64,000 nucleotides of DNA from Candidatus Wolfebacteria bacterium GW2011_GWA1_44_24 (GCA_001001115.1 LCIO01000001.1:172710-236709); one strand, 5' to 3'. Shown: positions 17,427-27,425, counted from the first letter of the stretch. A program made the numbers and translations. The notes: generated by a model not told the origin, from the letters alone.

Positions 17427-18463
17427 ATTCTTGTTGAATTTATTTTTAATTTTCCGAAGCGAGAAGAAGAATTGAACTCCTTCTTCGTTAAAATTCCCGC
17501 TTTGGCGCCGATGCGTTCAATAACCGAGGTGGCGTTAGCCGAACCGAGACGAATGGCGTATTCAATATTGTCGAATCGGCATAATCCTTTTTTGCATTCC
17601 TCTTGTCGATGTATCAAGCCGGCCACAAATCCCGACCCGAAAGCGTCGCCTGCGCCGGTGCGATCAACAACTTTTTTTTCTTTAAAAACACCTGTCTTAT
17701 AAAGGCGGCGGCCGTCAGATACCAAAACTCCTCCTCCGCCGTCCGTCATTACCGCAATGCCGCCGACGATTTTATCCAATTTTTTAAAAATCTCTTTTTC
17801 CTTTTGATAATCAACGCCGGTCAAATAAGCGGCTTCCTCGCGATTCAAAATAACCGCTTTAGTTTTTGCCAAGAGCGGCTTTAACTTTCCGACGCCCATT
17901 CCGACAAAATATTTGGAAGGATTGAAGGCAATCAAAATTTTATTTTTCGCCAGAAAATTAAAAATTTTTTCCATCACTTCAAGAGAAATTTTCCCCGGCG
18001 AAACATAAACCCAACGGGTTTTTAATTTGTTGAAAGGAATTTCTTTTGTCGCCAGATTTTCAGAAGCGCCCCGATAAACCAAAATCGTCCGCTCGCCGGT
18101 CGGCGCCAGAAGAATAGTTGAATAAGCCGTGCCGTTATTTTTTTCTCCAATCGCCAATGGAGTTATATTTTCTTTTTTTAATTCGGCCAGAACTTCGCTG
18201 GCCGCGCTGTCGCCGCCGATTTTTATCAAAGCCGCGGTTTTCAGTCCTTGACGCGAGAAAGTGACAGCCGCGTTGGTGGCGCCGCCGCCGGTAGTTAAAA
18301 TCGGCTTGCCGATTTCAATTTTCCCCCCTAAAGCGAAACATTGGGCTTCGCCCGCGGCAAAACCCAATTTTTTCAAATGTTTCGGGTCCCTCACCACTTG
18401 AAAAAGCGAGCTGGTTAAAAAAATATCCCGCGTCGCCGTGCCAATAGTTATAACGTCAAACAT
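17423..18463 (-). CDS. PfkB/ribokinase-family carbohydrate kinase
   Basis: 346 aa. GGGATNAAV and DRTGAGDAFGSGFVAGL are the PfkB signature regions. Confidence 0.85.
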   Translation of the reverse strand: MFDVITIGTATRDIFLTSSLFQVVRDPKHLKKLGFAAGEAQCFALGGKIEIGKPILTTGGGATNAAVTFSRQGLKTAALIKIGGDSAASEVLAELKKENITPLAIGEKNNGTAYSTILLAPTGERTILVYRGASENLATKEIPFNKLKTRWVYVSPGKISLEVMEKIFNFLAKNKILIAFNPSKYFVGMGVGKLKPLLAKTKAVILNREEAAYLTGVDYQKEKEIFKKLDKIVGGIAVMTDGGGGVLVSDGRRLYKTGVFKEKKVVDRTGAGDAFGSGFVAGLIHRQEECKKGLCRFDNIEYAIRLGSANATSVIERIGAKAGILTKKEFNSSSRFGKLKINSTRI

Positions 18464-18466
18464 AAA

Positions 18467-19459
18467 TTATTTTTTTCTTTTAATGACTTTCTTCACTGCG
18501 CTGATTACATCCTTCGCTCCCATGCCGTATTTTTCAATAAGTTTTTCCGGCGGTCCCGATTCGCCGAAAATATCTTTCATTCCGACAAATTCCATCGGCG
18601 TCGGATAATTTTTCGCCAAAACTTCAGCCACGCTGCCGCCTAAACCGCCGATTACGCTGTGTTCTTCAACCGTTACCACAGCTCCGCATTTTTTAGCCAA
18701 TTCAATAATTTTTTTCTCGTCAATCGGTTTAATGGTGTGATTATTCAGAACAATAACGCCGATGTTTTCTTTTTCCAATTCCTTGGCGGCCAATAAAGCA
18801 TTGTATAAAATAGGCCCGCAACCGACTATAACAACTTGAGGTTTTTTTGATTCGTAAAAAATTTCCGCTTTGCCCGGAACAAACGGGGTGTCCTCGGACG
18901 TAAAGACCGGCGTTTTTTCCCGGGTGAATCTTAAATAAACCGGGCCCCAAATTTTTGCCGCGGCGATAGTGGCTTTTTTCGCCTCAAAAGCGTCTACGGG
19001 AACAAAAACTTTCATATTCGACATCGCTCTCATTGTGGCGATGTCTTCAATCGCCTGATGAGTGGCTCCATCCGGACCCACTGAAACTCCGGCGTGGGCG
19101 CCGCAAATTTTCACATTGGAATCATTATAAGCGATTGTCGTTCTGATTTGTTCCCAATTTCTGCCCGGCGAAAAAACCGCGTAAGACGAAATGAAGGGAA
19201 TTTTATTGCTTACCCCAAGGCCTGCGGCCACGGTTGCCATATTCTGTTCCGCCACGCCCATTTCAATGTATCGTTCCGGAAATTTCTGGGCAAAGGGAAG
19301 CGAACGGGTTGATTCTTTCAGGTCAGCGCACAGAACAACCACGCCGGGATTTTCTTCGCCGGCGATTAACAAACCTTCTCCATAGCCGTCGCGGGTCGGT
19401 TTTTGCTCAATATCTTCGGAAAAAATTTTTGGGTTGAGTTTTGCGTTTTCGCTAATCAT
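18467..19459 (-). CDS. Transketolase, C-terminal (pyrimidine-binding) subunit
   Basis: 330 aa. ERYIEMGVAEQNM, GATHQAIEDIA and a C-terminal TK domain, forming a split transketolase with the adjacent gene. Confidence 0.9.
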   Translation of the reverse strand: MISENAKLNPKIFSEDIEQKPTRDGYGEGLLIAGEENPGVVVLCADLKESTRSLPFAQKFPERYIEMGVAEQNMATVAAGLGVSNKIPFISSYAVFSPGRNWEQIRTTIAYNDSNVKICGAHAGVSVGPDGATHQAIEDIATMRAMSNMKVFVPVDAFEAKKATIAAAKIWGPVYLRFTREKTPVFTSEDTPFVPGKAEIFYESKKPQVVIVGCGPILYNALLAAKELEKENIGVIVLNNHTIKPIDEKKIIELAKKCGAVVTVEEHSVIGGLGGSVAEVLAKNYPTPMEFVGMKDIFGESGPPEKLIEKYGMGAKDVISAVKKVIKRKK

Positions 19460-19461
19460 AT

Positions 19462-20322
19462 TTATTCATGCTCGCTCTTAATTTTCCCGCCCAATGTTCG
19501 CAGTTCATGTAAAGCCTTTCTTGCCTGCTCTTTGTTCGGTGGCATTCCATGCCACAAATAATCGGCTTCCATAAAACTGACGCCTTTGCCGGGAATCGTA
19601 TGGGCGATAATCACCGTCGGTTTTTCAAAAACCGCCTTGGCTTCGTTGCAAGCGTCGACAATCGCCTCAATATTATGGCCGTCGATTTCCAAAACATGCC
19701 AGCCAAAAGATTCATATTTGTCGCGAAGCGGCTCAAGCGGCATCACGTCTTCGGTAAAGCCGTCGATTTGGATATTATTCCGGTCAATAATCGCCGTGAT
19801 ATTGCTCAATCGATTTTTACCGGCGAACAATACCGCTTCCCAAAGATTACCGGTATCATGCTCGCCGTCGGACATCAAACAATAAATATTGTATTTTTTT
19901 CTATCCATCTTGGCGGCCAGAGCCATACCCGCGGCTTGCGACAATCCCGAACCAAGCGGACCGGAAGTGGTTTCTATGCCCGGAAGCGTTCCGCGATGAG
20001 GATGTCCCTGGAGCCGGCTGCCCAATTTTCTTAAAGTTTTCAATTCTTCCAAGGGAAAATATCCTGCCCTAGCCATTGTGGCGTATAAAACTGGACAAAT
20101 GTGGCCGTTTGACAGAACCAGCCGGTCCCTGTCGGCCCAATCTGGTTTTTTCGGGTCGTGATTCAGAATATGAAAATAAAGAGCCGTAAAAATATCAGCC
20201 ATGCCCAATGGCCCGGCTGAATGGCCGCTGCCGGCTTCGACCAGCATTTCGACAATATCCTGACGAACAATATTCGCCATTGCTTCTAAAAATTTAAGTT
20301 TCTTTTCATGGAGAATTTCCAT
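19462..20322 (-). CDS. Transketolase, N-terminal (thiamine-diphosphate-binding) subunit
   Basis: 286 aa. SGHSAGPLGMADI, LSNGH, GSLGSGLSQA and MSDGEHDTGNLWEA are TPP-binding motifs. Confidence 0.9.
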   Translation of the reverse strand: MEILHEKKLKFLEAMANIVRQDIVEMLVEAGSGHSAGPLGMADIFTALYFHILNHDPKKPDWADRDRLVLSNGHICPVLYATMARAGYFPLEELKTLRKLGSRLQGHPHRGTLPGIETTSGPLGSGLSQAAGMALAAKMDRKKYNIYCLMSDGEHDTGNLWEAVLFAGKNRLSNITAIIDRNNIQIDGFTEDVMPLEPLRDKYESFGWHVLEIDGHNIEAIVDACNEAKAVFEKPTVIIAHTIPGKGVSFMEADYLWHGMPPNKEQARKALHELRTLGGKIKSEHE

Positions 20323-20349
20323 TTTATAAAATTATACTAAACATTCTTC

Positions 20350-20382
20350 AAAAACAAAATCCCCCGCAAGACAAGGGATTTT
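20350..20382 (-). terminator. Rho-independent terminator downstream of rpe
   Basis: Minus-strand RNA reads aaaatccc-ttgtcttgcg-gggatttt followed by gtttttg. Confidence 0.55.
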
Positions 20383-20387
20383 ATCGG

Positions 20388-21086
20388 TTAAACTTGGCTT
20401 AATTCTTCGAACGCTTCTTTCAGGTTTTGGCTGTTCCAGATATAAGAAGCCGCCGCTAAAACATCGGCGCCGGCTTCTTTACATAATTTTGCCGTCTCTA
20501 AATCTATGCCACCGTCAACTTCAATAATCGTATTTGCGTAATCGCTGAAATTCAAATTTTTCAGGAATTTTATTTTTTCCAAAATTTGCGGTTGAAATTT
20601 TTGGCCGGCCAATCCAGGATTAACGGCTAAAATTTGAATAAATTTAACTTTATCCAAGTGAGGCACCAATTCTTCAACTGAAGTTTCAGGATTGATCGCT
20701 AAACCAAATTCTACTCCATTAGCTTCGCATTTCTCCAAAATGAAATTTATGATATCAATCTCGTTATTTTCCGGATTGCCCTTCGCCTCTTTACGGATGG
20801 CTTCCAAATGAATAATTATTCTTTTTGCGCCGGTCTTAAACCAATTATCAATCGTCTTTGACGGATTTTCAATCATCAAATGGATTTCTAAATTAACATC
20901 TGACAACTGACCCCCGGCAGCTAACAATTCTTCCGGATTGTTCCAAGTTTTATGCGTCGTAAATTTTCCGTCAGCGATGTCAATTTGAACCCCTCCGTCA
21001 GCTGGCGGAGAAAATTTAACTGCTTTTTCAAGTTTTTCTTTAACGCATTCAAAATTACCGCAATTAATTGCCGGAATAATCTGCAT
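20388..21086 (-). CDS. rpe: Ribulose-phosphate 3-epimerase
   Basis: 232 aa. It has TIM-barrel RPE motifs (IDIADGKF, HLMIENP, VNPGLAGQKF, VDGGI). Confidence 0.88.
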   Translation of the reverse strand: MQIIPAINCGNFECVKEKLEKAVKFSPPADGGVQIDIADGKFTTHKTWNNPEELLAAGGQLSDVNLEIHLMIENPSKTIDNWFKTGAKRIIIHLEAIRKEAKGNPENNEIDIINFILEKCEANGVEFGLAINPETSVEELVPHLDKVKFIQILAVNPGLAGQKFQPQILEKIKFLKNLNFSDYANTIIEVDGGIDLETAKLCKEAGADVLAAASYIWNSQNLKEAFEELSQV

Positions 21087-21087
21087 T

Positions 21088-22125
21088 TTATAAATTTTCT
21101 CCTGCTTTCAAAATGTGTTTTACTAGTGTCGCCGCGTATCCCCATTCATTGTCGTACCAAGACAAAACTTTCACCAAATCGCCGTCAATGACTTTGGTAA
21201 ATTTCAAATCAACAATAGCGCCGAACGGTTCGCCGATAATATCCGATGAAACAACTTGCTCGTCTATAACTTTTAAAATCCCTTGCCAACGCGGCGAATC
21301 CGCCGCCTCGCGTAAAATTTTATTTATTTCTTCAACGGAAGTTTTCCTCTTACTGACAAAAGTGATGTCCGCGATGGAACCGGAAACAACCGGCACTCTG
21401 ACGGCGATGCCATCAAATTTCCCCTCCAATTCTTTAATGACGCGGGTAACGGCAATGGCGGCGCCGGTAGTTGAGGGAATAATATTTTGCGCTCCGGCGC
21501 GGCCGCGTCGGAAATCGTTTCCCTTGACCGGCGAATCAACGATAGTTTGGGTGTTGGTATAAGCATGAACGGTGTTCAAAACCGCCTTTATAATGCCCGG
21601 ATTTTCCGATAGAACCGCCATAACCGGCGAAACTGAATTAGTGGTGCAAGAAGCATTGGAAGAAATTTTACAAATTTTTAATTTGCTGTCATTAATGCCC
21701 ATTAAAACCGTCTGCCCCAATTCACTGTCTGAATCTTTCGCCGGCGCGGTAAGAACCGCTTTTTTCGCCCCGGCATTCAGATGCGCTTTGGCTTTTTCAA
21801 AAGTTTCGAAAACGCCGGTTGACTCAACGACAATATCAACGCTTAAATCTTTCCAGGGAAGTTTTTCCGGCTCTTTTTCCCGTAAAAACAAAATTTCTCT
21901 GGCGTTAACAATAAGATAATTTTTATCGCTCGTTTTTTTCACGGAGATTTCTCCCAGAAACGCCCGATAAACAGAATCATATTTCAACAAATAGGCGAGG
22001 TTTTCAACATCGCCCAAATCGTTAATAGCGACAATGTCAAATTGCGGCTCTTCCATCGCCTGTCGGAAAAACAACCGGCCTATTCTGCCAAAACCATTTA
22101 TCGCAATTTTTATTTTTTTATTCAT
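21088..22125 (-). CDS. gap: Type I glyceraldehyde-3-phosphate dehydrogenase
   Basis: 345 aa. [17 protein letters not shown] (catalytic Cys) and WYDNEWGY. Confidence 0.95.
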   Translation of the reverse strand: MNKKIKIAINGFGRIGRLFFRQAMEEPQFDIVAINDLGDVENLAYLLKYDSVYRAFLGEISVKKTSDKNYLIVNAREILFLREKEPEKLPWKDLSVDIVVESTGVFETFEKAKAHLNAGAKKAVLTAPAKDSDSELGQTVLMGINDSKLKICKISSNASCTTNSVSPVMAVLSENPGIIKAVLNTVHAYTNTQTIVDSPVKGNDFRRGRAGAQNIIPSTTGAAIAVTRVIKELEGKFDGIAVRVPVVSGSIADITFVSKRKTSVEEINKILREAADSPRWQGILKVIDEQVVSSDIIGEPFGAIVDLKFTKVIDGDLVKVLSWYDNEWGYAATLVKHILKAGENL

Positions 22126-22675
22126 ATTCCACTATAAACACCGCAACGGCCACAACCGATGTCCAAAGGCCATCTTTGTTTCCCTCAGCCGATTGCGTTG
22201 TGTTAAATGTTTTAAAAATTTTTCCCGAAGCTTTATATTGCTGTTCCCTTTCGTCCCACGCAACATTAGGATCAAATTCTATGCCTAAAGTTGTGGCAAG
22301 CATTGTCGCCGCCAAATCTTCGGCGTATTCCCCGGCTTTATCGGCTTTCTCGCCAAAAGGATGATGTTCGGAAAGATAGCCATATTGAGCGGGATCTTGC
22401 GGCAAAGCCGTGCCGACCGAAGCGGCAATCAAACGGTTCGGCTCATTGGTGGCATTTCTTGCCATAACGCAATGAACAACAGCCCCTGGTTTTAAAATTT
22501 TTAATCCCTCATCACGCGTAATTTTTTTGCAATTCGGAGGAAAAATAGAAGAAACGGTAACCAAATTAAAAGCCTGAATGCCTGCGTCTCTTAATGCCAG
22601 CTCAAACGACGCCAATTGTTCTTTGTGAGCGCCGACTCCTTTGGTAAAAAAAACTTTTTGGGGAACAAAATTCAT
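22118..22675 (-). CDS. pdaD: Pyruvoyl-dependent arginine decarboxylase
   Basis: 185 aa. FFTKGVG...[10 protein letters not shown]...[11 protein letters not shown] contains the self-cleavage Ser-Ser site. Confidence 0.85.
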   Translation of the reverse strand: MNFVPQKVFFTKGVGAHKEQLASFELALRDAGIQAFNLVTVSSIFPPNCKKITRDEGLKILKPGAVVHCVMARNATNEPNRLIAASVGTALPQDPAQYGYLSEHHPFGEKADKAGEYAEDLAATMLATTLGIEFDPNVAWDEREQQYKASGKIFKTFNTTQSAEGNKDGLWTSVVAVAVFIVEYE

Positions 22676-22676
22676 T

Positions 22677-23129
22677 TTAAAAATTATCTTCTATATTCTT
22701 TATTTTTTCAAGCCTTTTTTTGTGTTTTTCTTCTCCGGAAAAAGGCGTTTTCAGCCAAATGTCCAAAATTTTTTTTGCTTCTTCTTCGTTGATAAACCTG
22801 GCGGCCAAAGCCAAAACATTGGCGTCGTCGTCATGCCGACTCAAACGCGCCGCCTCGATATTATCCACCAAAGCCGAACGCGCTCCCTTAAACTTATTGG
22901 CTGTAATATCGACTCCGACGCCGGAACTGCAAATAACGACTCCGCGGCGGTTTGTCGAATCCTGCGCCACTTGCCGCGCCACCAGCCCCGCGAAATCCGG
23001 ATAATCGTCATCTTCGTCATAATGGCTATTGCCGACATCGACAATTTCATATCCTTGATTCTTCAAAAATTTTTTAAGAGATTCTTTCAATCTAAATCCC
23101 TGATGGTCGGCGCCGATGTAAATAAGCAT
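22677..23129 (-). CDS. rpiB: Ribose-5-phosphate isomerase B
   Basis: [25 protein letters not shown] and [11 protein letters not shown] are RpiB/LacAB motifs. Start trimmed from TTG 23147 to ATG 23129. Confidence 0.88.
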   Translation of the reverse strand: MLIYIGADHQGFRLKESLKKFLKNQGYEIVDVGNSHYDEDDDYPDFAGLVARQVAQDSTNRRGVVICSSGVGVDITANKFKGARSALVDNIEAARLSRHDDDANVLALAARFINEEEAKKILDIWLKTPFSGEEKHKKRLEKIKNIEDNF

Positions 23130-23135
23130 TGTAAA

Positions 23136-23164
23136 ATTATAAACCAACGGCTGTTTGAAAACAA
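23136..23164 (-). promoter_or_regulatory. Candidate sigma70-type promoter giving a near-leaderless rpiB transcript
   Basis: On the minus strand: TTGTTT (23159-23164), a 17-nt spacer, TATAAT (23136-23141), then 6 nt to ATG 23129. AT-rich context, so the false-positive risk is high. Confidence 0.3.
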
Positions 23165-23169
23165 ATTTT

Positions 23170-25428
23170 TTATTTTGCCGGATTTTCAGGCGACAAATAT
23201 TTTATCGCCTCGCCGCCTTTTTCTTTAATTATTATCCCAAGCAAGGACTGAAAATCTTTGTCGTTTTGGTCGATTTTCAGAGCGGTCATAATTATTCCCA
23301 TCGCTTCTTTTATCATTCCGCTTTCCTTGTAAGCCGCCGCCAAAAAATAATTTATTTCCTTGTTATTGGGATAGCGGTTGTTCAAATCGTTAAAATAATC
23401 AAGCGCTTTTTTATATTGGCGGCCGTTAAGCAGGGAAACGCCCAATCTCATTCTGATGTCAAATTTTTGTTCCTCGGTAAAATTTTCATTCAAAAGATTA
23501 ACTGCCCGTTCGTAATAATAAGCGGCTTCAGAAAATTTTTTTTGAAAAGAAAAAATATCAGCTAAATTTTTATAACTTGAAGCATAGCCGGCTCTAATTT
23601 CATTGAATTCTTTATTCGACTGAATCTGGACATCCGGCGGCTGGTAATAATTCTTGCCGTTATCCATATCCATTCCGGTTTCAAAGCATTCCTTCTTAAA
23701 CAGCCAGCTTAAATCGCAAAATTTAGAAATTTTGAAATCGAAATTCCAATCGTCCACATTCGGCTCTTTGTCTCTAAACGAATATTTGTAGCCGAAGCCG
23801 GCCGGAATGATTTTTATTTCCTCAAAAACATCGGGCATCACGGTGTAAATTTTAAATTTATTAAGATTACCCCGAATAAAAGCCTCAAGATAACTATTAT
23901 TGAACTCGCTCTGTTTTTTCTTGTCCTTCAAATTTTCTTCGCTGATATCCAAATCTGGCAGAAACAATCCTTTTTCTTTCTCATATTTTTTGAGATTCTG
24001 ACGCATCCATGGAGCCCAAAAAGAATTGCGGTGAATGAAAATAACATCCGACTTCTCTCCCAAAATCATCTGGTTATAAATAATCGAATTCAGGGCCGCG
24101 CCGGCTTCGGAAATCACGATTGAGCCGTCTTCAACGCTTTTTAGAATATTGTGTCCGGCTTCTTCGGGATAAAAATTCGCGCTCCGGTCCATTGTCAGCC
24201 AATTATTTTTTAAATTGGACAAAGTTAAAAATATCAAAAGCGCGGCCATCGCGGCTTTTGACAGAAAATTCAATCTGCCTAATCGCAAATTTAAAATCCA
24301 ACTCGAAAATAAATAAAATCCGCCGGCCAGGAAAATTGCCATCACAATGTAAGTCGGAATGAGCCAGCTTTCGTATTCACCTGTGATATAAACGACTCCC
24401 CAAAAAGCGGCTCCCAAAATCATCGAAAGCAAGAAATTGAAAATTCGCCGGCTTTTAAAAAATAAATAAATGACGCCGGTTAGAATAAACGCAATGCCGA
24501 TTGAATAAAATTGATGGTAGGTCAGCGAAAGCCAATTTCCTAAATTCTCAAAAAATTTCCTGTCAAAAAGAACAAAAAGATTGGATTGGCCCGTCCAATG
24601 CCGGGCGGCGGCATGATTGATGAAATTTTTCAAATTTTCCGGATTACCCCAGTCCATCACCGGATTCTGAAGCGAACGGAAAGGAATATAAACATACGGC
24701 AAAAAACCGCTGAACAAAAAAACCAACGCTAAAAAAATAAAAAATTTTTTATTCGCCGGAATTGCCTTTTTTAAGCTGAAAATCAGCCAGATACTTAAGG
24801 GCAAAAACCCGACGGTCATCGGATGGTTGGCGAAAGTCAGGCCGTAAAAAAGAAAAACACCGAATAAAAATTTTTTTTGACGAGCGTTCAATCCCGCTTT
24901 GATTTCTCCTTCCTTGGCAAAAAACACCAAAAAATAAATAATCAAAACCGCCAAAAACGCGTGAAAAGTGTAAACCTCGGAATAAGTGGCTTGATACCAT
25001 AAGCTGTGGGAAAAAGCGAAAATTAAAGCCGAGAAAAAAGCGATAGCGTTTATCAAATGCCGATTTTGCGGCTTGCTGTCGCTTGGGATAATTACTCTTC
25101 CGAAAAAAGAAAAGTTATTTTCAAAAAGCTTGCGGATTGTTAAATAAAGAAATCCCGCGGTTAAGCCAGCAAAAACCGACGATAAAAAGTTAATCTTCTG
25201 GGCGAAATTAAATCCCGGCAAAGGCAAAAAAGACCATAATTTGGCGACAATTATATAAAGAGGAAATCCCGGCGGATAAGCAATGCCGAATTCTTTAATG
25301 GTCGTCAGATAAATCGCCGCGTCAATCCAAAACATCGTCGGCGTCAAAGTTAAGTAATAAACCAAAAGCGCCAGAAAAACTATCAGCGAAAAACCGACTG
25401 ATTTTTTATTGATGAAGTCCGAAAGCAT
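23170..25428 (-). CDS. DUF2723/TMEM260-like polytopic membrane protein (GT-C-type glycosyltransferase candidate) with C-terminal TPR repeats
   Basis: 752 aa with about 11 predicted TM helices. It has the N-terminal motif TPTMFWIDAAIYLTT...YPPGFPLY. The C-terminal 170 aa are TPR-like (AAYYYERAVNL..., ALDYFNDL..., YFLAAAYKESG...). Confidence 0.7.
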   Translation of the reverse strand: MLSDFINKKSVGFSLIVFLALLVYYLTLTPTMFWIDAAIYLTTIKEFGIAYPPGFPLYIIVAKLWSFLPLPGFNFAQKINFLSSVFAGLTAGFLYLTIRKLFENNFSFFGRVIIPSDSKPQNRHLINAIAFFSALIFAFSHSLWYQATYSEVYTFHAFLAVLIIYFLVFFAKEGEIKAGLNARQKKFLFGVFLFYGLTFANHPMTVGFLPLSIWLIFSLKKAIPANKKFFIFLALVFLFSGFLPYVYIPFRSLQNPVMDWGNPENLKNFINHAAARHWTGQSNLFVLFDRKFFENLGNWLSLTYHQFYSIGIAFILTGVIYLFFKSRRIFNFLLSMILGAAFWGVVYITGEYESWLIPTYIVMAIFLAGGFYLFSSWILNLRLGRLNFLSKAAMAALLIFLTLSNLKNNWLTMDRSANFYPEEAGHNILKSVEDGSIVISEAGAALNSIIYNQMILGEKSDVIFIHRNSFWAPWMRQNLKKYEKEKGLFLPDLDISEENLKDKKKQSEFNNSYLEAFIRGNLNKFKIYTVMPDVFEEIKIIPAGFGYKYSFRDKEPNVDDWNFDFKISKFCDLSWLFKKECFETGMDMDNGKNYYQPPDVQIQSNKEFNEIRAGYASSYKNLADIFSFQKKFSEAAYYYERAVNLLNENFTEEQKFDIRMRLGVSLLNGRQYKKALDYFNDLNNRYPNNKEINYFLAAAYKESGMIKEAMGIIMTALKIDQNDKDFQSLLGIIIKEKGGEAIKYLSPENPAK

Positions 25429-25431
25429 TTA

Positions 25432-25923
25432 TTAATATCTTAAATGAAAAACTACAATGCCGAAAGCCACGGCCACATTCAATGATTCTTTTTTTCCTTT
25501 CATCGGAATTTCCAAAATTTTGTCGGCGCGCTTCAAAATCGATTGCGGCAATCCTTTAATTTCGTTACCCAAAACTAACACAATTTTCTTTTTTTTCACT
25601 ATCCTATCCGACGATCGTCGGATAGGATAGTGAATGCGATAATACGGTATGGATTTTTTATTTTGTTCAACGGCAAAAATTTTATATTTTTGCTTTTTAA
25701 GCTTATCAATCAGCCGCGCTGTTTGGCCACATTTTTCCCATTTTACGTATTTTTCCGCGCCGAGCGAAACTTTCGCCAGTTGCGGCCGCGGTTTGCCTAA
25801 TTCGTCAATCGGCTTTGGCGTAATGCCGCAGAGATATATTTTCTCGATTCCCGCGGCGTCGGCGGTACGAAAAATTGAACCGACGTTATGCAGACTGCGG
25901 AGATTATGAAGAATAACGGTCAT
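25432..25923 (-). CDS. SpoU/TrmH-family RNA 2'-O-methyltransferase
   Basis: 163 aa. LHNLRSLHNVGSIFRTADAAGI, LVLGNEIKGL and IPMKGKKESLNVAVAFGIVVF are the SPOUT motifs 1-3. Confidence 0.88.
   Translation of the reverse strand: MTVILHNLRSLHNVGSIFRTADAAGIEKIYLCGITPKPIDELGKPRPQLAKVSLGAEKYVKWEKCGQTARLIDKLKKQKYKIFAVEQNKKSIPYYRIHYPIRRSSDRIVKKKKIVLVLGNEIKGLPQSILKRADKILEIPMKGKKESLNVAVAFGIVVFHLRY
25597..25632. repeat. 36-bp perfect palindrome inside the SpoU-methyltransferase CDS
   Basis: cactatcctatccgacgatcgtcggataggatagtg is identical to its own reverse complement. It occupies exactly 12 in-frame codons (HYPIRRSSDRIV), between the SIPYYRI and KKKKIVLVLGNE segments. Confidence 0.9.
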
Positions 25924-25924
25924 T

Positions 25925-27214
25925 TCAATTATTCAGCGGCGTTGACGATAAAATCACAAAATAAATATCCCTGAGAAAAGATGTTGGGATTTCCGAAATG
26001 ACTTCACTTTCTTTTGTTGATTGTCCGTTTAGATAAGAATTTTCATCCACCGAGCCGTAAAAAGTTGATTGCGATTGATAAGTCATAAATCTAAACTTAT
26101 AATATTTTGCCGGAGCAAAAGTAAAATTGTTTTTAACAGGAACAGTCCAGATGTTAGAACCAATATAATAATCAGAGCAAAGAGGACCCGGATAATGTTG
26201 CGGTATATTAGTGCAAAAAGCCGCATTTTCGGAAAAAGATTCCATATTAAAATAATTGGCATCGCTGTATTGATAAATTATTATGGTTATAAAACGTCCC
26301 GCGGCGCTTGTTTTTACCGCAATCGCTTCGGGCGCTCCAGATAAACCATTGCCAAGAGTCTGATAAAATATGCCATTGCTGTTTCCAATTTCGGAGACAG
26401 AACCGTCTGTTTGTTGAACTATGACAAATTGGCTGAATAACGAATAGGGAATGAGTATCTCTTTGCTTAAAGCTGTAAAAGTTGGATTATTGTTAACGTC
26501 ATAACCAACGATTGAAAATTTATATTTTCTTCCGACTTCATTGATGGTAATTTCGCTTGATGTAGCGAAGGTTATAATATCCGGCAAAACCGAGGTTGAG
26601 CTGGAAACCAAATAACTCACGTCGCTTATTTTATAAGTCAAAGCCGGAGAAGTTTCGTTAAAATATCTTGGCTTGTCCCAGCTTAAAGAAAGCGTTAATG
26701 TGCTGGTTGAATAATTTAATTTAAAATTTTGTGGAATGGATTGTGAAATGTTTGCCGGAATCTCAATCGGAGATTGAGATTTAATAATAAAATATATATC
26801 TTTCATCGAGGCATTAATTTCCGAACCTACGCCGTTGTCTTTTGCCGCTTTACCGTAAATATAAGAAGACTCATCATTTGAACCATAAAAATAGGGAGTT
26901 GTCTGATAAGTTAAAAAATTAATTTTATAATATTTATTGGGATCAAAATTAAAACTTCGTTGGATGGGAATCGTATAATCCTTATCTTTATCAACTTCGA
27001 AACCAAATTCAGGACAATTGCCGTCGGGGATATTATCATCATAAACAATTCCGTAACCGCCATACCGATAACAAGTGCTGGAGGAAATTTTGGTCAAATT
27101 GTTGTAATCAGAACTATCCGACTGCCAAAAATCAACACTAAAATAATAAGACGGATTACCTGGACCGGGGGGAAATTTAGCGTGAAATGTTACGCTTTGC
27201 GGCGAACCAATCAA
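25925..27214 (-). CDS. Secreted/cell-surface protein with two copies of a novel ~60-130 aa domain and a central FN3-like segment
   Basis: 429 aa with a TTG start in the track. FNFDPNKYYKINFLTYQTTPYFYGSNDESSYIYG...DIYFIIKS (about 26777-26956) is repeated as FTFAPAKYYKFRFMTYQSQSTFYGSVDENSYLNG...DIYFVILS (about 25946-26125). Confidence 0.6.
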   Translation of the reverse strand: MIGSPQSVTFHAKFPPGPGNPSYYFSVDFWQSDSSDYNNLTKISSSTCYRYGGYGIVYDDNIPDGNCPEFGFEVDKDKDYTIPIQRSFNFDPNKYYKINFLTYQTTPYFYGSNDESSYIYGKAAKDNGVGSEINASMKDIYFIIKSQSPIEIPANISQSIPQNFKLNYSTSTLTLSLSWDKPRYFNETSPALTYKISDVSYLVSSSTSVLPDIITFATSSEITINEVGRKYKFSIVGYDVNNNPTFTALSKEILIPYSLFSQFVIVQQTDGSVSEIGNSNGIFYQTLGNGLSGAPEAIAVKTSAAGRFITIIIYQYSDANYFNMESFSENAAFCTNIPQHYPGPLCSDYYIGSNIWTVPVKNNFTFAPAKYYKFRFMTYQSQSTFYGSVDENSYLNGQSTKESEVISEIPTSFLRDIYFVILSSTPLNN

Positions 27215-27425
27215 GCCATTGCCAAGATGACGATTCCGTCTTCGGCTTCAATTCAACCTGTCCGACTAAACGGAAATCATTTCCGGAATCATTGACCAAA
27301 AAAGAAAGAATCTGGCCGGATAAATTTTTTATTCCGTAAAAATCCCATAACCCGCCATAAAAAGTCGCGCCAAGAACCAATGAAATAATCCCCAAAAATG
27401 CCAGAAAGAAGAAAATAAATTTCAT
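27177..27425 (-). CDS. Signal-peptide-bearing fragment, probably the 5' part of the downstream repeat-protein gene
   Basis: 82 aa beginning MKFIFFFLAFLGIISLVLGA (signal/anchor). It overlaps ORF 25925..27214 by 38 nt in a different frame. The downstream frame is open back to about 27245. Confidence 0.45.
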   Translation of the reverse strand: MKFIFFFLAFLGIISLVLGATFYGGLWDFYGIKNLSGQILSFLVNDSGNDFRLVGQVELKPKTESSSWQWLDWFAAKRNISR

